From assembly GCF_009914755.1 (NCBI RefSeq), contig NC_060927.1: 64,000 bases of DNA; one strand, written 5' to 3'. A program made the position numbers and the translations under genes. Under the pieces are notes generated by a model that made no database searches, had not been told where the DNA came from, and worked only from the letters and a program-made list of their open reading frames with translations. This document shows positions 19,786-44,260 of the stretch, in pieces. This DNA is from the human T2T-CHM13v2.0 reference genome, Homo sapiens. Within the stretch, counting starts at the first letter, position 1. Each line of letters opens with the position of its first letter.

Positions 19786-19994
19786 CTAGAGGCATGCCAT
19801 GCCCCTAGACCTCAACTGTTTTTCCATCAAAAATCAGTATCACCAGCTTTTGTCCTGCCCAACTTTCCAAACTTGGCTGCCATTAATTTCTCACATCCCT
19901 GCATGCACTAGCCACTCCCCTTAAGTAGAGGTGAAGAGAATTCCTCTTCTTCTTCTCCCATAACATGTTTTAAATTAAAAAAAAAGAAATTTAA

Positions 19995-20289
<295 letters not shown>

Positions 20290-20580
20290 TTAAGCTGGTG
20301 ATAGTAAAGCCATGTTATGAGCTTTAAGGACATTGAAGTCATTAAGATTCCTGGAAATGGCTACAAAAAATTTTTAAAAAACAAAAACCAGAGGAGCCAA
20401 GATGGCCGAACAGGAACAGCTCCGTTCTACACCTCCCAGCGTGAGCAATGCAGAAGACGGGTGATTTCTGCATTTCCATCTGAGGTACCAGGTTCATCTC
20501 ACTAGCGAATGCCAGACAGTGGGCACAGGACAGTGGGTGCAGCACACCTTGCGCCAGCCGAAGCAAGGCGAGGCATTGCC

Positions 20581-20832
20581 TCACTCAGGAAGCGCAAGGG
20601 AGTTCCCTTTCCTGGTCAAGGAAAGGGGTGACAGATGGCACCTGGAAAATTGGGCCACTCCCACCCAAATACTGCGCTTTTCCGACAGGCTTAGGAAACG
20701 GCGCACCAGGAGATTATATCCCGCACCTGGCTCGGAGGGTCCTACGCCCACGGAGTCTCGCTGATTGCTAGCACAGCAGTCTGAGATCAAACTGCAAGGC
20801 AGCAGCGAGGCTGGGGGAGGGGCACCCGCCAT
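20581..20832 (-). CDS. L1 ORF0 (antisense ORF in the 5' UTR), open, 83 aa
   Basis: MAGAPPPASLLPCSLISDCCASNQRDSVGVGPSEPG... is the recognised ORF0 N-terminus. ATG at 20832 with no internal stop. Translation not demonstrated. Confidence 0.7.
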   Translation of the reverse strand: MAGAPPPASLLPCSLISDCCASNQRDSVGVGPSEPGAGYNLLVRRFLSLSEKRSIWVGVAQFSRCHLSPLSLTRKGNSLALPE

Positions 20833-21414
20833 TGCCCAGGCTCGCTTAGGTAAACAAAGCAGCTGGGAAGCTCGAACTGGGTGGAGCCCACCACAGTTCA
20901 AAGAGGCCTGCCTGCCTCTGTAGGCTCCACCTCTGGGGGCAGGGCACAGACAAACAAAAAGACAGCAGTAACCTCTGCAGACTTAAATGTCCCTGTCTGA
21001 CAGCTTTGAGGAGAGCAGTGGTTCTCCCAGCACGCAGCTGGAGATCTGAGAATGGGCAGACTGCCTCCTCAAGTGGGTCCCTGACCCCTGACCCCCGAGC
21101 AGCCTAACTGGGAGGCACCCCCAGCAGGGGCAGACTGACACCTCACACGGCCGGGTACTCCTCTGAGACAAAACTTCCATAGGAACGATCAGACAGCAGC
21201 ATTCGTGGATCGCGAAAATCTGCAGTTCTGCAGACACTGCTGCTGATACCCAGGCAAACAGGGTCTGGAGTGGACCTCTAGCAAACTCCAACAGACCTGC
21301 AGCTGAGGGTCCCATCTGTTAGAAGGAAAACTAACAAACAGAAAGGCCATCCACACCAAAAACCCATCTGTACATCACCATCATCAAAGACCAAAAGTAG
21401 ATAAAACCACAAAG

Positions 21415-22431
21415 ATGGGGAAAAAACAGAGCAGAAAAACTGGAAACTCTAAAAAGCAGAGCGCCTCTCCTCCTCCAAAGGAACACAGTTCCTCACCAGC
21501 AATGGAACAAAGCTGGATGGAGAATGACTTTGACGAGTTGAGAGAAGAAGGCTTCAGACGATCAAACTACTCCAAGCTGCAGGAGGAAATTCAAACCAAA
21601 GGCAAAGAAGTTGAAAACTTTGAAAAAACTTTAGACGAATGTATAACTAGAATAACCAATACAGAGAAGTGCTTAAAGGAGCTGAGGGAGCTGAAAGCCA
21701 AGGCTCGAGAACTACGTGAAGAATGCAGAAGCCTCAGGAGCCGATGCGATCAACTGGAAGAAAGGGTATCAGTGATGGAAGATGAAATGAATGAAATGAA
21801 GAGAGAAGGGAAGTGTAGAGAAAAAAGAATAAAAAGAAACGAACAAAGCCTCCAAGAAATATGGGACTATGGGAAAAGACCAAATCTGCGTCTGATTGGT
21901 GTACCTGAAAGTGACGGGGAGAATGAAACCAAGTTGGAAAACACTCTGCAGGATATTATCCAGGAGAACTTCCCCAATCTAGCAAGGCAGGCCAACATTC
22001 AGATTCAGGAAATACAGAGAATGCCACAAAGATACTCCTCGAGAAGAACAACTCCAAGACACATAATTGTCAGATTCACCAAAGTTGAATTGAAGGAAAA
22101 AATGTTAAGGGCAGCCAGAGAGAAAGGTCGGGTTACTCACAAAGGGAAGCCCATCAGACTAACAGCGGATCTCTCGGCAGAAACCCTACAATTCAGAAGA
22201 GAGTGGGGGCCAATATTCAACATTCTTAAAGAAAAGAATTTTCAACCCAGAATCTCATATCCAGCCAAACTAAGCTTCATAAGTGAAGGAGAAATAAAAT
22301 ACTTTACAGACAAACAAATGCTGAGAGATTTTGTCACCACCAGGCCTGCCCTAAAATAGCTCCTGAAGGAAGCACTAAACATGGAAAGGCACAACCAGTA
22401 CCAGCCACTGCAAAATCATGCCAAAATGTAA
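21415..22431 (+). pseudogene. L1 ORF1p, premature stop
   Basis: MGKKQSRKTGNSK... reads 314 aa to a GAG>TAG stop at 22357-22359. The native TAA is at 22429-22431. Confidence 0.93.
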
Positions 22432-22494
22432 AGACCATCGAGACTAGGAAGAAACTGCATCAACTAACGAGCAAAATAACCAGCTAACATCATA

Positions 22495-26327
<3,833 letters not shown>

Positions 26328-26602
26328 ACAATGAGAACACATGGACACAGGAAGGGGAACATCACACTCTGGGGACTGTTGTGGGGTGGGGGGAGTGGGG
26401 AGGGATAGCATTAGGAGATATACCTAATGCTAAATGACAAGTTAATGGGTGCAGCACACCAGCATGGCACATGTACACATATGTAACTAACCTGCACATT
26501 GTGTACATGTACCCTAAAACTTAAAGTATAATAATAATAAAAATAAAAGAAAAAAAGCCCAAAAAACTAGAGGTGAAGTTTATTTCTCTTCTTTTTGAAC
26601 TT

Positions 26603-27445
<843 letters not shown>

Positions 27446-27800
27446 AACTGGGGCTGGTCTCATGGCATGTTATGCCAATGGAATGCAGTCTAAGTAACAC
27501 TGTGCCAGTTCCAGGCCTGGGCCATAAGAGGTCTCACAGCTTTCACTCTTGCCCTCTTAGGATCCAGTTGTCTTGTAAGAAAGCTCAGGTCTGACTACTA
27601 AATGATGAGAGACCACATAGAGAGGAAGGTAACTAGCCATCCCTCAGCTGTTTCAGACACCCCAGTTAAGTCACTAGACAAGTTAGGAAACCTATCTTGG
27701 TCATTCTCACCCTAGACAGGCTCCCACTTGAATGTCATCACATAAATGACCCCAGACAACACTGCAGGGAGCAGAACCACCCAGTTGAGTCCTATGCCAT
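27446..27800 (+). mobile_element. MLT1 (ERVL-MaLR) LTR, distal part; the proximal part is split off by the L1 and the ERV1 LTR
   Basis: GGGCTGG...CCAATGGAATGCAG...TGTGCCAGTTCCAGGCCTGGGCCATAAGAGG continues MLT1 text found at ~20345-20390 and 26570-26602. Confidence 0.6.
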
Positions 27801-28304
27801 CTCTGCCTCCCATGTAACACTTGGCATGTGGCTGGGCAAACTCAACTCATCCTTCAGGAGCTGACTGCAGTATGCCTGCTGTGCCAGACCCCACTGACTG
27901 AGCAGGCCCAACAATGCACCTCAACCTTGACCGTGTGTTAGAATCACCCGGGGAGCTTCCCAAAACGCCCATGGTGGTCCAACCCCCAGAGATTTAGCTT
28001 CCTTGTCTGAGGCAAGGCAGAGATATTGAGACGAGTGAAGGGTGGAAGGGTTGGGCAATAGTACATGATGAAAAGAAGAAACTGACTCTGCAGTCACAGC
28101 AGGCCTAGGTTCAAATCTTGACCCTTCCTCTAACTAGATGTATATCCTCTCTGATCCTCAGCTTTCTCATCTGTGAAAAGGGTAACTATCATCTCCCCTT
28201 CCAGTGAGCTAAGGGGAGTCAGCTGCCATAGAACAAAGTGATTAAAAGTAAAGAACTTGGAGGCAGAGAGAATGGGGTTAAAATCACAGCTTAAGCACTA
28301 CAAA

Positions 28305-28510
28305 ACTATGAGAAATAAGGGTATGCTACGAACAACTGCAACCCAAAAATTTGGCAGCTTAAATGAAATGGATCAATTATTTGAAAGACACAAACTACCA
28401 AAATTCACTCAAGAAGAAATAGATAACCTGAATAGTCCTATATGTATCCAGTTGAATTTGTAGTTTAAAATTCCAGGCCCTGGTGGTGTCTCTAATGAAT
28501 TCAACCCAAA
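28305..28510 (+). mobile_element. Old L1 ORF2 fragment
   Basis: Translates as NEMDQLFERHKLPKFTQEEIDNLNSPI, homologous to the L1 ORF2 linker. Confidence 0.75.
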
Positions 28511-28550
28511 CTGTGGGAGACTCTAAACTACTTATGTATTTAAAATCTCA

Positions 28551-30299
<1,749 letters not shown>

Positions 30300-30534
30300 T
30301 AAATGATCAAACCAATCATGAAATGCAAGCAAAATTATTATCCCCGTTTTAGAGATAAGGAAATTGCAGCTCAGAAAATTTAAGTGCCTGCCTGGCATAA
30401 GAACACCAGCTCTGTCTGACTCCAAGAAACCACCACACCCCATAAATCAATGGCCAGGTATCTTCCCAGGGAAACATTTTGATATTTAACTTTAAAACAA
30501 ATGTTAATATTAATATTATATCTTTCAGACAGTT

Positions 30535-31410
<876 letters not shown>

Positions 31411-31984
31411 TGGGAAAATAAAAGAGACCTGCCTGCTTCCACCTTTCAAAGCACTGGGATTACAGGCGTGAGCTACTGTGCCCAGCCTCATGAATTACCT
31501 TATCCAATACTGAAAACAATCAAGCTTGTGTTTTACCCATATTTTACTTTTTCTTTCTTTCTCTTTTTTCAGAGGCAGGTTCACTCTGTGACCCAGGCTG
31601 GAGTGCAGTGTCACAATATTAGCTCACTGCAACCTCTTACTTCAGGGCTTATGTGACCCTCCCATCCCAACCCACTGCCTCAGCCTGCAGAGTAGCTGGG
31701 ACTACAGGCATGAGCCACCATGCCTGGCTAATTCCTGGCCTGAAGCGATCCTCCTTCCTTGGCTGCCCAAAGCATTGGGATTACAGCAATGTGCCACCAC
31801 TCCTGGCCCACATTTTAAAAGCAAAGATTCAATGATGGTAGTAAGGAGCTTAAAACAAAAGGGAAAACAAAAATAAAAAAGAAGAAAACTAAAGCCCAGA
31901 GAAGTTAATGAGCTTGCAGATGATCACACAGCTTGTAAGTGGGGGAAATGGAAACTGAACTCCCAGTCCGGTCTATCCAGCTAG

Positions 31985-32353
<369 letters not shown>

Positions 32354-34461
32354 ACTGATGGTGTTCTACATTCCCCTTAGTATGACATCATGTGTGGTTT
32401 TTCATGTGGCTGCAAAGACTCCAAAATCCTCCTTTAATTTATTTATGTTTACCTTTTTTTTTCTTTTTTTTTTTGAGAAGGAGTCTCATTCTATGGCCCA
32501 GGCTAGAGTGCAGTGGTGCAATCTCAGCTCACTGCAACCTCCACCTCCTGGACAACACTTCTTTTAAATGGCCACATATTGTTCCAACTATAGTTTACAT
32601 GCCATCCCCTTTTTGAGTCTTTACATTCCTTCCAAATGTTTTTGTCATTAAAAGGAATTCAGAAATGAACAAGCTGCATCACGTGGACATAAAGCAGAAA
32701 TTCTAGAGGGAGGACTGTATTATGTATTGAACCTGCTTCCAAATATAACTCAATGAAGAATAGCTCAATTTGTAAGTTCTCAGTAAAATGACAAAGTCAA
32801 TTAAAGATGCTCAGTGATGGTAAGCCTCTCCCTGCCCTGTAACCCCACTTCCATGGCAAAGCAGCCCAGATCCAAACCTACCCCTGTCCCACCCTGCCAT
32901 GTTGCAGCAAAGCTGCAATTGTTGGGAGACTGAACCTCTCTTGGGGTTCCTTTGGTATTATCGGCAATTTCATTTACACAACTCCTCCCCATTTTCTGCT
33001 TCTTCTCTGCGCTGACTGCCTTAATGAACCTGGTTACCCAGTCACCTAAGAAGGGTGTCCTGGCCTTGCTGTGTCCCAATGTGCAGCAAGGAAGGTAGAG
33101 AAAAATGATCCCCTTGGAATTCACATGCCATTCAGGCCAGATAAATTAATCACCATTTAACAACTTAGTGCAGACCTCATCAATCTTAAATAGCTTGGAC
33201 AGCTGCAAAAATTAAGATTGTCTCAGGATGCTTGTTGGCTTTGAAAAGATTATAAATCCTCTTATCTCAAAAGGGCCAGGTGAAGAATTTGTAAATCCTG
33301 TTAAGAATTTTAGTTTTTATCCTGAGGGCAGTGGGTAGCCGTTGAATGGTTTTAAACAGAGGAGTGATGGCCTGATCAGATTTTTTGATATAGAAAGAAC
33401 ACCTTGGTTGGAGGGCAGTTGTAGGATTAGGTGATCAAAGGGATGGATGGTAGAGAAAAGGGAGGATTCCATCATGCCCACAGGATCTTGCCCAGAACAG
33501 CTGGGTGGGTAGGATGAGGAGCAGAAGGGGAGGGAATGACAGGAGAGTGGTTCCCTCTTGGACCATGTGAGTAGGGTACTTGAGGGTAGAGCCCAGGGCT
33601 GTGATTAGGGCAGACAAGCAAGCTGACTTCCAGATGCTCATCACCCAGGGCTCTCTCGCTGGCTGGCCACTTGGTCACATGGACCCAGGTCCAGGAGGGA
33701 GGGCCCCATAAGCCAGCCTAGCCCAGGGAACTGAGCATTCTCAGAGACCACAGCTGGCCCAGCAGGAGAACTGGGGACATTGGGAAAGATCCTGAGGCTA
33801 CGAAGGCTGCTAAATCCATGAGACTGTGAACCTCTTCCTTCCTATATAGGGAGCAGTGGACTACCCCATCTTTAGGGGCTGTTGGAAGCTATCAAGTCAC
33901 TGGAGCTTTTCAATTCAAGGATTCTTGCTTATTTTATACTTAGGGGTAAGCACTATCCCATAGCCCCAGGATGAAAATTCCCCAGTTCCTCCCCTCCCAA
34001 AGATCTACAGCCAGTAGGAGACAGGAGCCAAGGTGACACACAATGGCATAGGCTGGGACCAGTGCTTTAAGAGAGGGAAAAGACCATGGCAAACCTGGAG
34101 GAGGCAGAGTTTAACCCAAATGGTGGGCATCTGGGAAGGTGTAGAAGGTGATAGGTTTTCCTCTGGGCCCTAAAGAAAGGTTGACTTCCACAGATGGATA
34201 GGAGGGGGCAGGACATTCTTGCAAAAGATAATAGCTTGTGCAAACATCCAAAGTTGAAAAAATACAGGACGTGCTGGAGCAGAGGGAGCTTTGCAGAGGC
34301 ATGATACTTTTTAGATGGAAGGATACACAATTGTTCATACTGCCCAGATTCCCCAGATTGTGAGAATCTGGGACAATGACCTAGCTTTGGCCCTGAATTC
34401 AACATTATCATCAGTGGCTGAGATAGAAATTTCCTGGGGACGTCACCTAGGGAAATGCTAG

Positions 34462-37094
<2,633 letters not shown>

Positions 37095-39821
37095 TCAAGA
37101 TACATGCCATCATCATCATCACCATCATCATCCCTCACACTAATTGTAACATTAATTGGTTTTTCTATTTGCCAAGCACTAGAGCTGAGTGGTCTTAAAT
37201 TCATGTCCACATTTCATCCTCACAACTCCAGGAGGCAGTTGTGCTTATCATCCATACTTTACAGGTGAAAAAACCTGTGATGCAGAGAAGTTAAGTGACT
37301 TGCTAGGAGGAGGCAGAGCTGGTACTCGAACCTAGATTTGACTCTAGAAAGCGTGCGCTTGACCACCGAGTAAAAAGCAAGGTCCCCGAGAGAAAGTATA
37401 GGATTTGCCTTCCACCCAGCACGCAGAAGGTTTCCCTGCACTCCCTGCACTCTGACCCTCTCTCTGCTTTTTGTCAGCCTAAAGAGGATGACAATACCAT
37501 TGACCTAGTGACCTAGTAACCAGGAATACGGAGGCTCTGAGTCAGAAGCAGAAAATGCCAGACAATCTCACATGTAGCTGTTGGATCATGAAGTAAGATC
37601 AAGAATGGAGCTAGGGTCAGGAACAGAATAATCGTGTCTTGCCCACGTAATTATACCCCTTGCACTCTGTGATCAAAACGATTGAGTCAGAATGTCTTGC
37701 TTTGTGCCAGAGTCGTTTGACTGGCTCCCAAAGTGGCCACCCAGAGTAGCTTTTCCTTGGCGAATTTGCCACAGAGCTGAACCTGGGTCATAGTCATATC
37801 AGTGTCCTGTCAGGGTTCATCTCCCTGAAAAAGCCTGACTCCCAGCAATCCAACTCATAAGAGGCCAAACTATATAACCACATACATACCAATGTATTCA
37901 TTAACAGTGTTAGTCTTTCAGTAACTGGAATGTTCCTCTCCCAACTAGGGCACCCTTTTCCCAATATCAGCAGTCTCAGAGAGTCAAGTTAGTCATCAAC
38001 AGGCTGGTTGGTGAGTGTATCCCAAGAGTTAAGGAAAGCTGACCTTTTGAGGGCTATTTCAGCCAAATCAGGGTGCGGTCTACTGAATCATCTCCACCTT
38101 ACAGCAGGGCACGTCTATGTGAAAACAAATTTCACACTGCTCTTTCTTGGACAGTGGTGGGTAATAAGTGCCAACTTCTGGCCTCATGGCTTTATCCTAT
38201 TTCTTTTTCCTTCCTCTTTTCTACTCTCCAGGCTCTTCCCTCATCCTTCAGTTCACACATTCTCCATACAATAAAGTTGATTCGGTTGCTGATCATTCAA
38301 TTGTCATCACATTGCAGCCCTTCCCTCACCGAGACACTCAAGGAGGTCACCTTGATGGATAGGTTGGTTGTTCCCAAGCTTTTCATTTATTTACAGAACT
38401 TTTTGGTTTATTTTCTAATATGTTAGGTTTAACCTTTTGAAATGATTGTTTTTGGCAGGTCAAAAACAGTCAAATAGCAGCAATTTTATGTGGTTCAACA
38501 ATCAGCAAACCAGACCCATTGGGGGTGGGGTTAATGAGTCTGACTCCCTTCTCAAGCCATGGTGGTGGGTGTATGTGTGTGTGTGTGTGTCTGTGTCTAG
38601 GAGAAGGGGGGTGTATGGCAGCCCTTTTCTCTTTCTGGAAATAAGCTCTCCTGGATAGTTGCTGTTGTCTGGGGCCTCCTCTTGCTCTCCATGTATCCTC
38701 CAACTAGGACCCTAATGTCAAAAATGAGCTAAGGAGGAACTTGAGGTTGAGGGAGAAGGTTGAATTATTTGTTATGTGTGGCAGAGTTAGCCTATGCTCA
38801 TAAGCCAATAAGGAAACACTTTTAGAGTCCATGATTTGTGCAGTCCTGTTAATGTGGAAAACTGGAGATTAATGGAGACATTTTTCATTTTACAAACATC
38901 AGTTAAATGCTTGTGTGATATAGGCTATATGCTCAATGCCATTCCTGCCTTCAAGAGTTTTCAATGTGCTTTTGTAGGTGTACCTGTGTGTCTCCTTCTA
39001 GTTACCAGCTTAGTGTACAATAAGCTCTGTGAAGGCAGGGCTTATCTCTCCTTTAACTCCTAACATAGGGCCCGGCATATAGTAGGTGCTCATTAAATAC
39101 ATGTTTTATATACTTGAGTGAATGAATGAGAGTGGTTAAATAACAAACCAATCATGCGAATACCAGGAAGGCATCAACGATCATACCAAATGAAAAGACT
39201 CTGGGCCTCTGAAGTTTAGGAAATCAAGCTGCCTGTAGAGAATAAGAAAAGACTCCCAGAAGAGATGACCTGTAAGTAGTTGCTCCCCAGTTGAAAAGGG
39301 GACAGTTCAGGCAGTGGCATAGTTGGCCTTACAGATGTTAGAGAGGAAGCCAGAAATGAAAAGAAGAATTCTAGCCACCCATTTCCTGGTGAACACTTTG
39401 GCCAGCATGAGCTGCATTCCTTTGAGCTGAGCATGAGTGGAATTTCCAGCCTAGGTAGCAGAATGGAACTTGGAACAAATAGCTCAGCAGAAAAGAACCC
39501 AGAAACAATGGGGCTGGGCTCAACTGCCCTTTGCCAGCTCTTGAGCTCATGGAATATTGGAACTCAGCAGGCCCTGTTGAGGGAGATATATGATGTCCTT
39601 CGGATTGCACCACTTCAGAGGACCCAGAGGGAAACTGCCATGTTCAGACAGCATTAGGAACCTTGGAAGATGTGCAGAAATACCTGGGAATAGTCTGCAT
39701 TACTATACAAGTTTTCCATCTGGCAAGTACAAGTGAAAGTCTGTTTGCTTTAAGTATGCAGACGGTCCAAACACATTGGACAGCAGAGGGGAAGACACCT
39801 CTGTCAAGAGAGAGCTGGAGG

Positions 39822-41555
<1,734 letters not shown>

Positions 41556-42389
41556 AGAAGTTAATTCTTTAATAGCAGTGTAAGTAGGGGGTAGGAAAAG
41601 AGAAACTTTAATGGGGTAACTGTAAAGGAAAAGACGAAGAAGTCACTCCATTTACTGGCTGGATTCTATCTACCCCATATGGCTACCAACATTTGTCTGA
41701 GTCATTTCCTCAATGGTTGTGACAGCTCCCTCTTCTGCTTTTAGAAGGAGGAAGTAGAAAGTTTAAGAGCTTACTTTAGACCACCTTTTGCATATAGAAT
41801 TCATTTCATTTTCAAGGCCCCAAGGGTATTTAAATGGGCTTTAAACCCATTTAAACCTGGCTTTCGCCTGGGCATTTTGGTCTCCACCCCTATGATAAGA
41901 CAGTCCCCTCCTTTTATCAGGTATAGAAGCTAAGGATAAACTGTATCATCATCTAGACTCAAGTCAGGGCGTTAAGCAATGTGCTGAGCAGCTAATAATG
42001 TTGACTCTCTTCCCTCCATCCCCCTATCTTGTAAGAAATAGTATACCCACTTTACAGATTAGGGACTTGACGATAGGATTTATTGAACTTGACCTTGGTA
42101 AACATAATCCAGAGGGTGGAGTTCAGACAAAATCCCTTTCTACCTACCAACCAGCCTATGAAAGATCTTTTAGTAAATGGGACCTAAACTTCAGGCTCAC
42201 TGCTCCTCTCACTTTCACAATCAACCGGTAAAGAAGAAAAGTAATGGTTGCCACTCCAGAGGGGGTGGAAGTACAGAAGCGATCAGAGGAGAGGAACAAT
42301 CTTTAACACAGTTGGCTTAACGCAGTGCCTGTCCGTTTCGCGACAGTTCAAACGACTACTATGGGGCCACGGTTTGTTCTGGGCCAGGA

Positions 42390-43750
42390 AACACACGTGC
42401 ATCCTGCGCATGCGTCCAAAAGGAACCCACTGCCCCTCCTGCTGGACCTCTTTAGCCAAGTCATCAACCAGCCCTCAACATGACCGCCCTCAAGACTAAA
42501 CCCTCGGCCAATCGGGAAACCGGAGTCGCCCGGCACGTCACTTATTTTGCATATGCCCTCCTCTCCCCGCCCCCATGCTTGGACTCCGCCCCGTCTGGGT
42601 CAGGGATTGTCACCTAAGAGCTTCGTCCTGGCACCTGATTGGCTCTCTTTCCAGCTCCGCCTCCATCTCCTCCCGCCGCCCGCCCTTTGGCGATCCCACA
42701 GCGGCAGGCAGAGCAAAATACGCAGGCGCAGGCGCTTCCTCTCTCTTCTAGCGGCCCGCCCTCCCTCCTCCCTCTCCCTCCCCTCCCCACTCCCTTCCCC
42801 TCCTCTCCAGGCCTGCGCGCGCGCCTCTTCCTCCGGCACGCGCCGCTGCTAGCCGAGCACTCTCGCCAGAACCTCTGGCTCGCGCGTGCCTTTTCCCCTC
42901 AGGTTGTGGGGAGAGCGGAATCCTGCTCCGCCGTCGCAGCAGCAGCGGCAGCCCCGGCAGCCTCGGGCGACAGCGGCGGCGCGCGAGCCCCCGGGCGGAC
43001 CGTACCACCGCTCGCCAGCACGCAGGGGGAGCCGCCCGTCTCGCCGCGCACGCCTCGGCGACCCCGCGGGGCTGAGGCGTCGCCGCGCCCGGCAGCGTGA
43101 GCGCAGAGCCGGCCTCGACCCCGAGCTCGGAGCCCCGCGGGCCGCGCCCGCCGCCGGCCCCACCCATCCGGGTCGAGGAGGCCGAGGCCATGGCTGAGAC
43201 GGAGGAGCGGAGCCTGGACAACTTCTTTGCCAAGAGGGACAAGAAGAAGAAGAAGGAGCGGAGCAACCGGGCGGCGAGTGCCGCGGGCGCAGCGGGCAGC
43301 GCCGGCGGAAGCAGTGGAGCCGCGGGTGCGGCGGGCGGCGGGGCGGGCGCGGGGACCCGGCCGGGTGACGGCGGGACCGCCAGCGCGGGGGCTGCGGGCC
43401 CAGGGGCCGCCACCAAGGCTGTGACGAAGGTGAGGGGCCGGGAGGCCGGCACTCGGGGCCCGGGCCGCGCGCCGGCGCCCCATGTGCCCGCCCCCGCCTG
43501 CCGGGGAAGCGTCCGGGAGGGGCCGCGGAGGCCGGGCGGACGGGCGCGGGCCGCCACGTGACGCAGGCTCTCCACCTCGGGCTGGGCTCGCCAGGGCCGG
43601 GACCCCTTCCGATACCCGCGGTGGAGCCGCCCTTCCCACCCCGCGTCGCTCGGCGTTAGCCAAGGCCCGGGCGGCGCCACCCTCCGGGGGCACTAGGTCT
43701 GGGGCCGCAGTGCCCAGCACAGAGCAGCGTTTATCGGGTGACGTCTAGGC
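42390..43750 (+). promoter_or_regulatory. CDV3: CDV3 CpG-island promoter and exon 1 region
   Basis: Very high GC and CpG density. E-box CACGTG 42394, NRF1-like TGCGCATGCG 42405, CCAAT 42508 and ATTGG 42638, CRE half-site ACGTCA 42535, GC boxes 42565 and 42586. No TATA box seen. Confidence 0.9.
43190..43429 (+). CDS. CDV3: CDV3 coding exon 1 (aa 1-80, MAETEERSLDNFFAKRDKKKKKE...ATKAVTK)
   Basis: ATG at 43190 in strong Kozak context (GCCATGG). The translation matches the recognised CDV3 N-terminus. Donor AAG|GTGAGG at 43429/43430; 240 nt, phase 0. Confidence 0.97.
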
Positions 43751-44183
43751 TGAGTAATTCCGTGTGCTGACCTCAGCCCAGTAGTTTGAGCTGAATTTTC
43801 GCTTTTAGCAGCCGCATTTGTAGCAGCTCTTTTGTGATGACTTAGTCTCTAAGCCCGTGAAAGAAAAAGAAAACTCTCGGTGGCAAGGTTGAAGTAGAAA
43901 TGTAGTTGTGAAATTCCTATTGACTTCTTCCTTCGGCTTTTCTTAGTTGCTTAAAGTAACAGCTCCCATGCAGGAACCCAGCGGAAGTATAGTGTTAGCC
44001 TACGAGCATGTTTGTCCTCCATTTAGCCTAGTTTGCCCCAGAACGAAGCAAGGGCTTTGACCAGAAGACAAGTACATACTTAGTTTAGGTTCCAGCCACT
44101 TGATCCACTTTTCGTAGTGTGTTATTTGCTTAGTTATATGTCTACAAATAGCTTTAATTGATCAAATGGCGTTTGTTTTACAG

Positions 44184-44260
44184 GACGAAGATGAATGGAA
44201 AGAATTGGAGCAAAAAGAGGTTGATTACAGCGGCCTCAGGGTTCAGGCAATGCAAATAAG
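44184..44260 (+). CDS. CDV3: CDV3 coding exon 2 (DEDEWKELEQKEVDYSGLRVQAMQI-S)
   Basis: Acceptor ttttacag|GAC, donor AG|gtatag. 77 nt, continues the frame from exon 1. Confidence 0.96.

Noticed and set aside
42748-43720. Long antisense ORFs (310 aa and 273 aa) over the CpG island
   Set aside because: Low-complexity Pro/Ala/Arg/Gly frames are expected from stop-codon scarcity in very GC-rich DNA; no recognisable protein.
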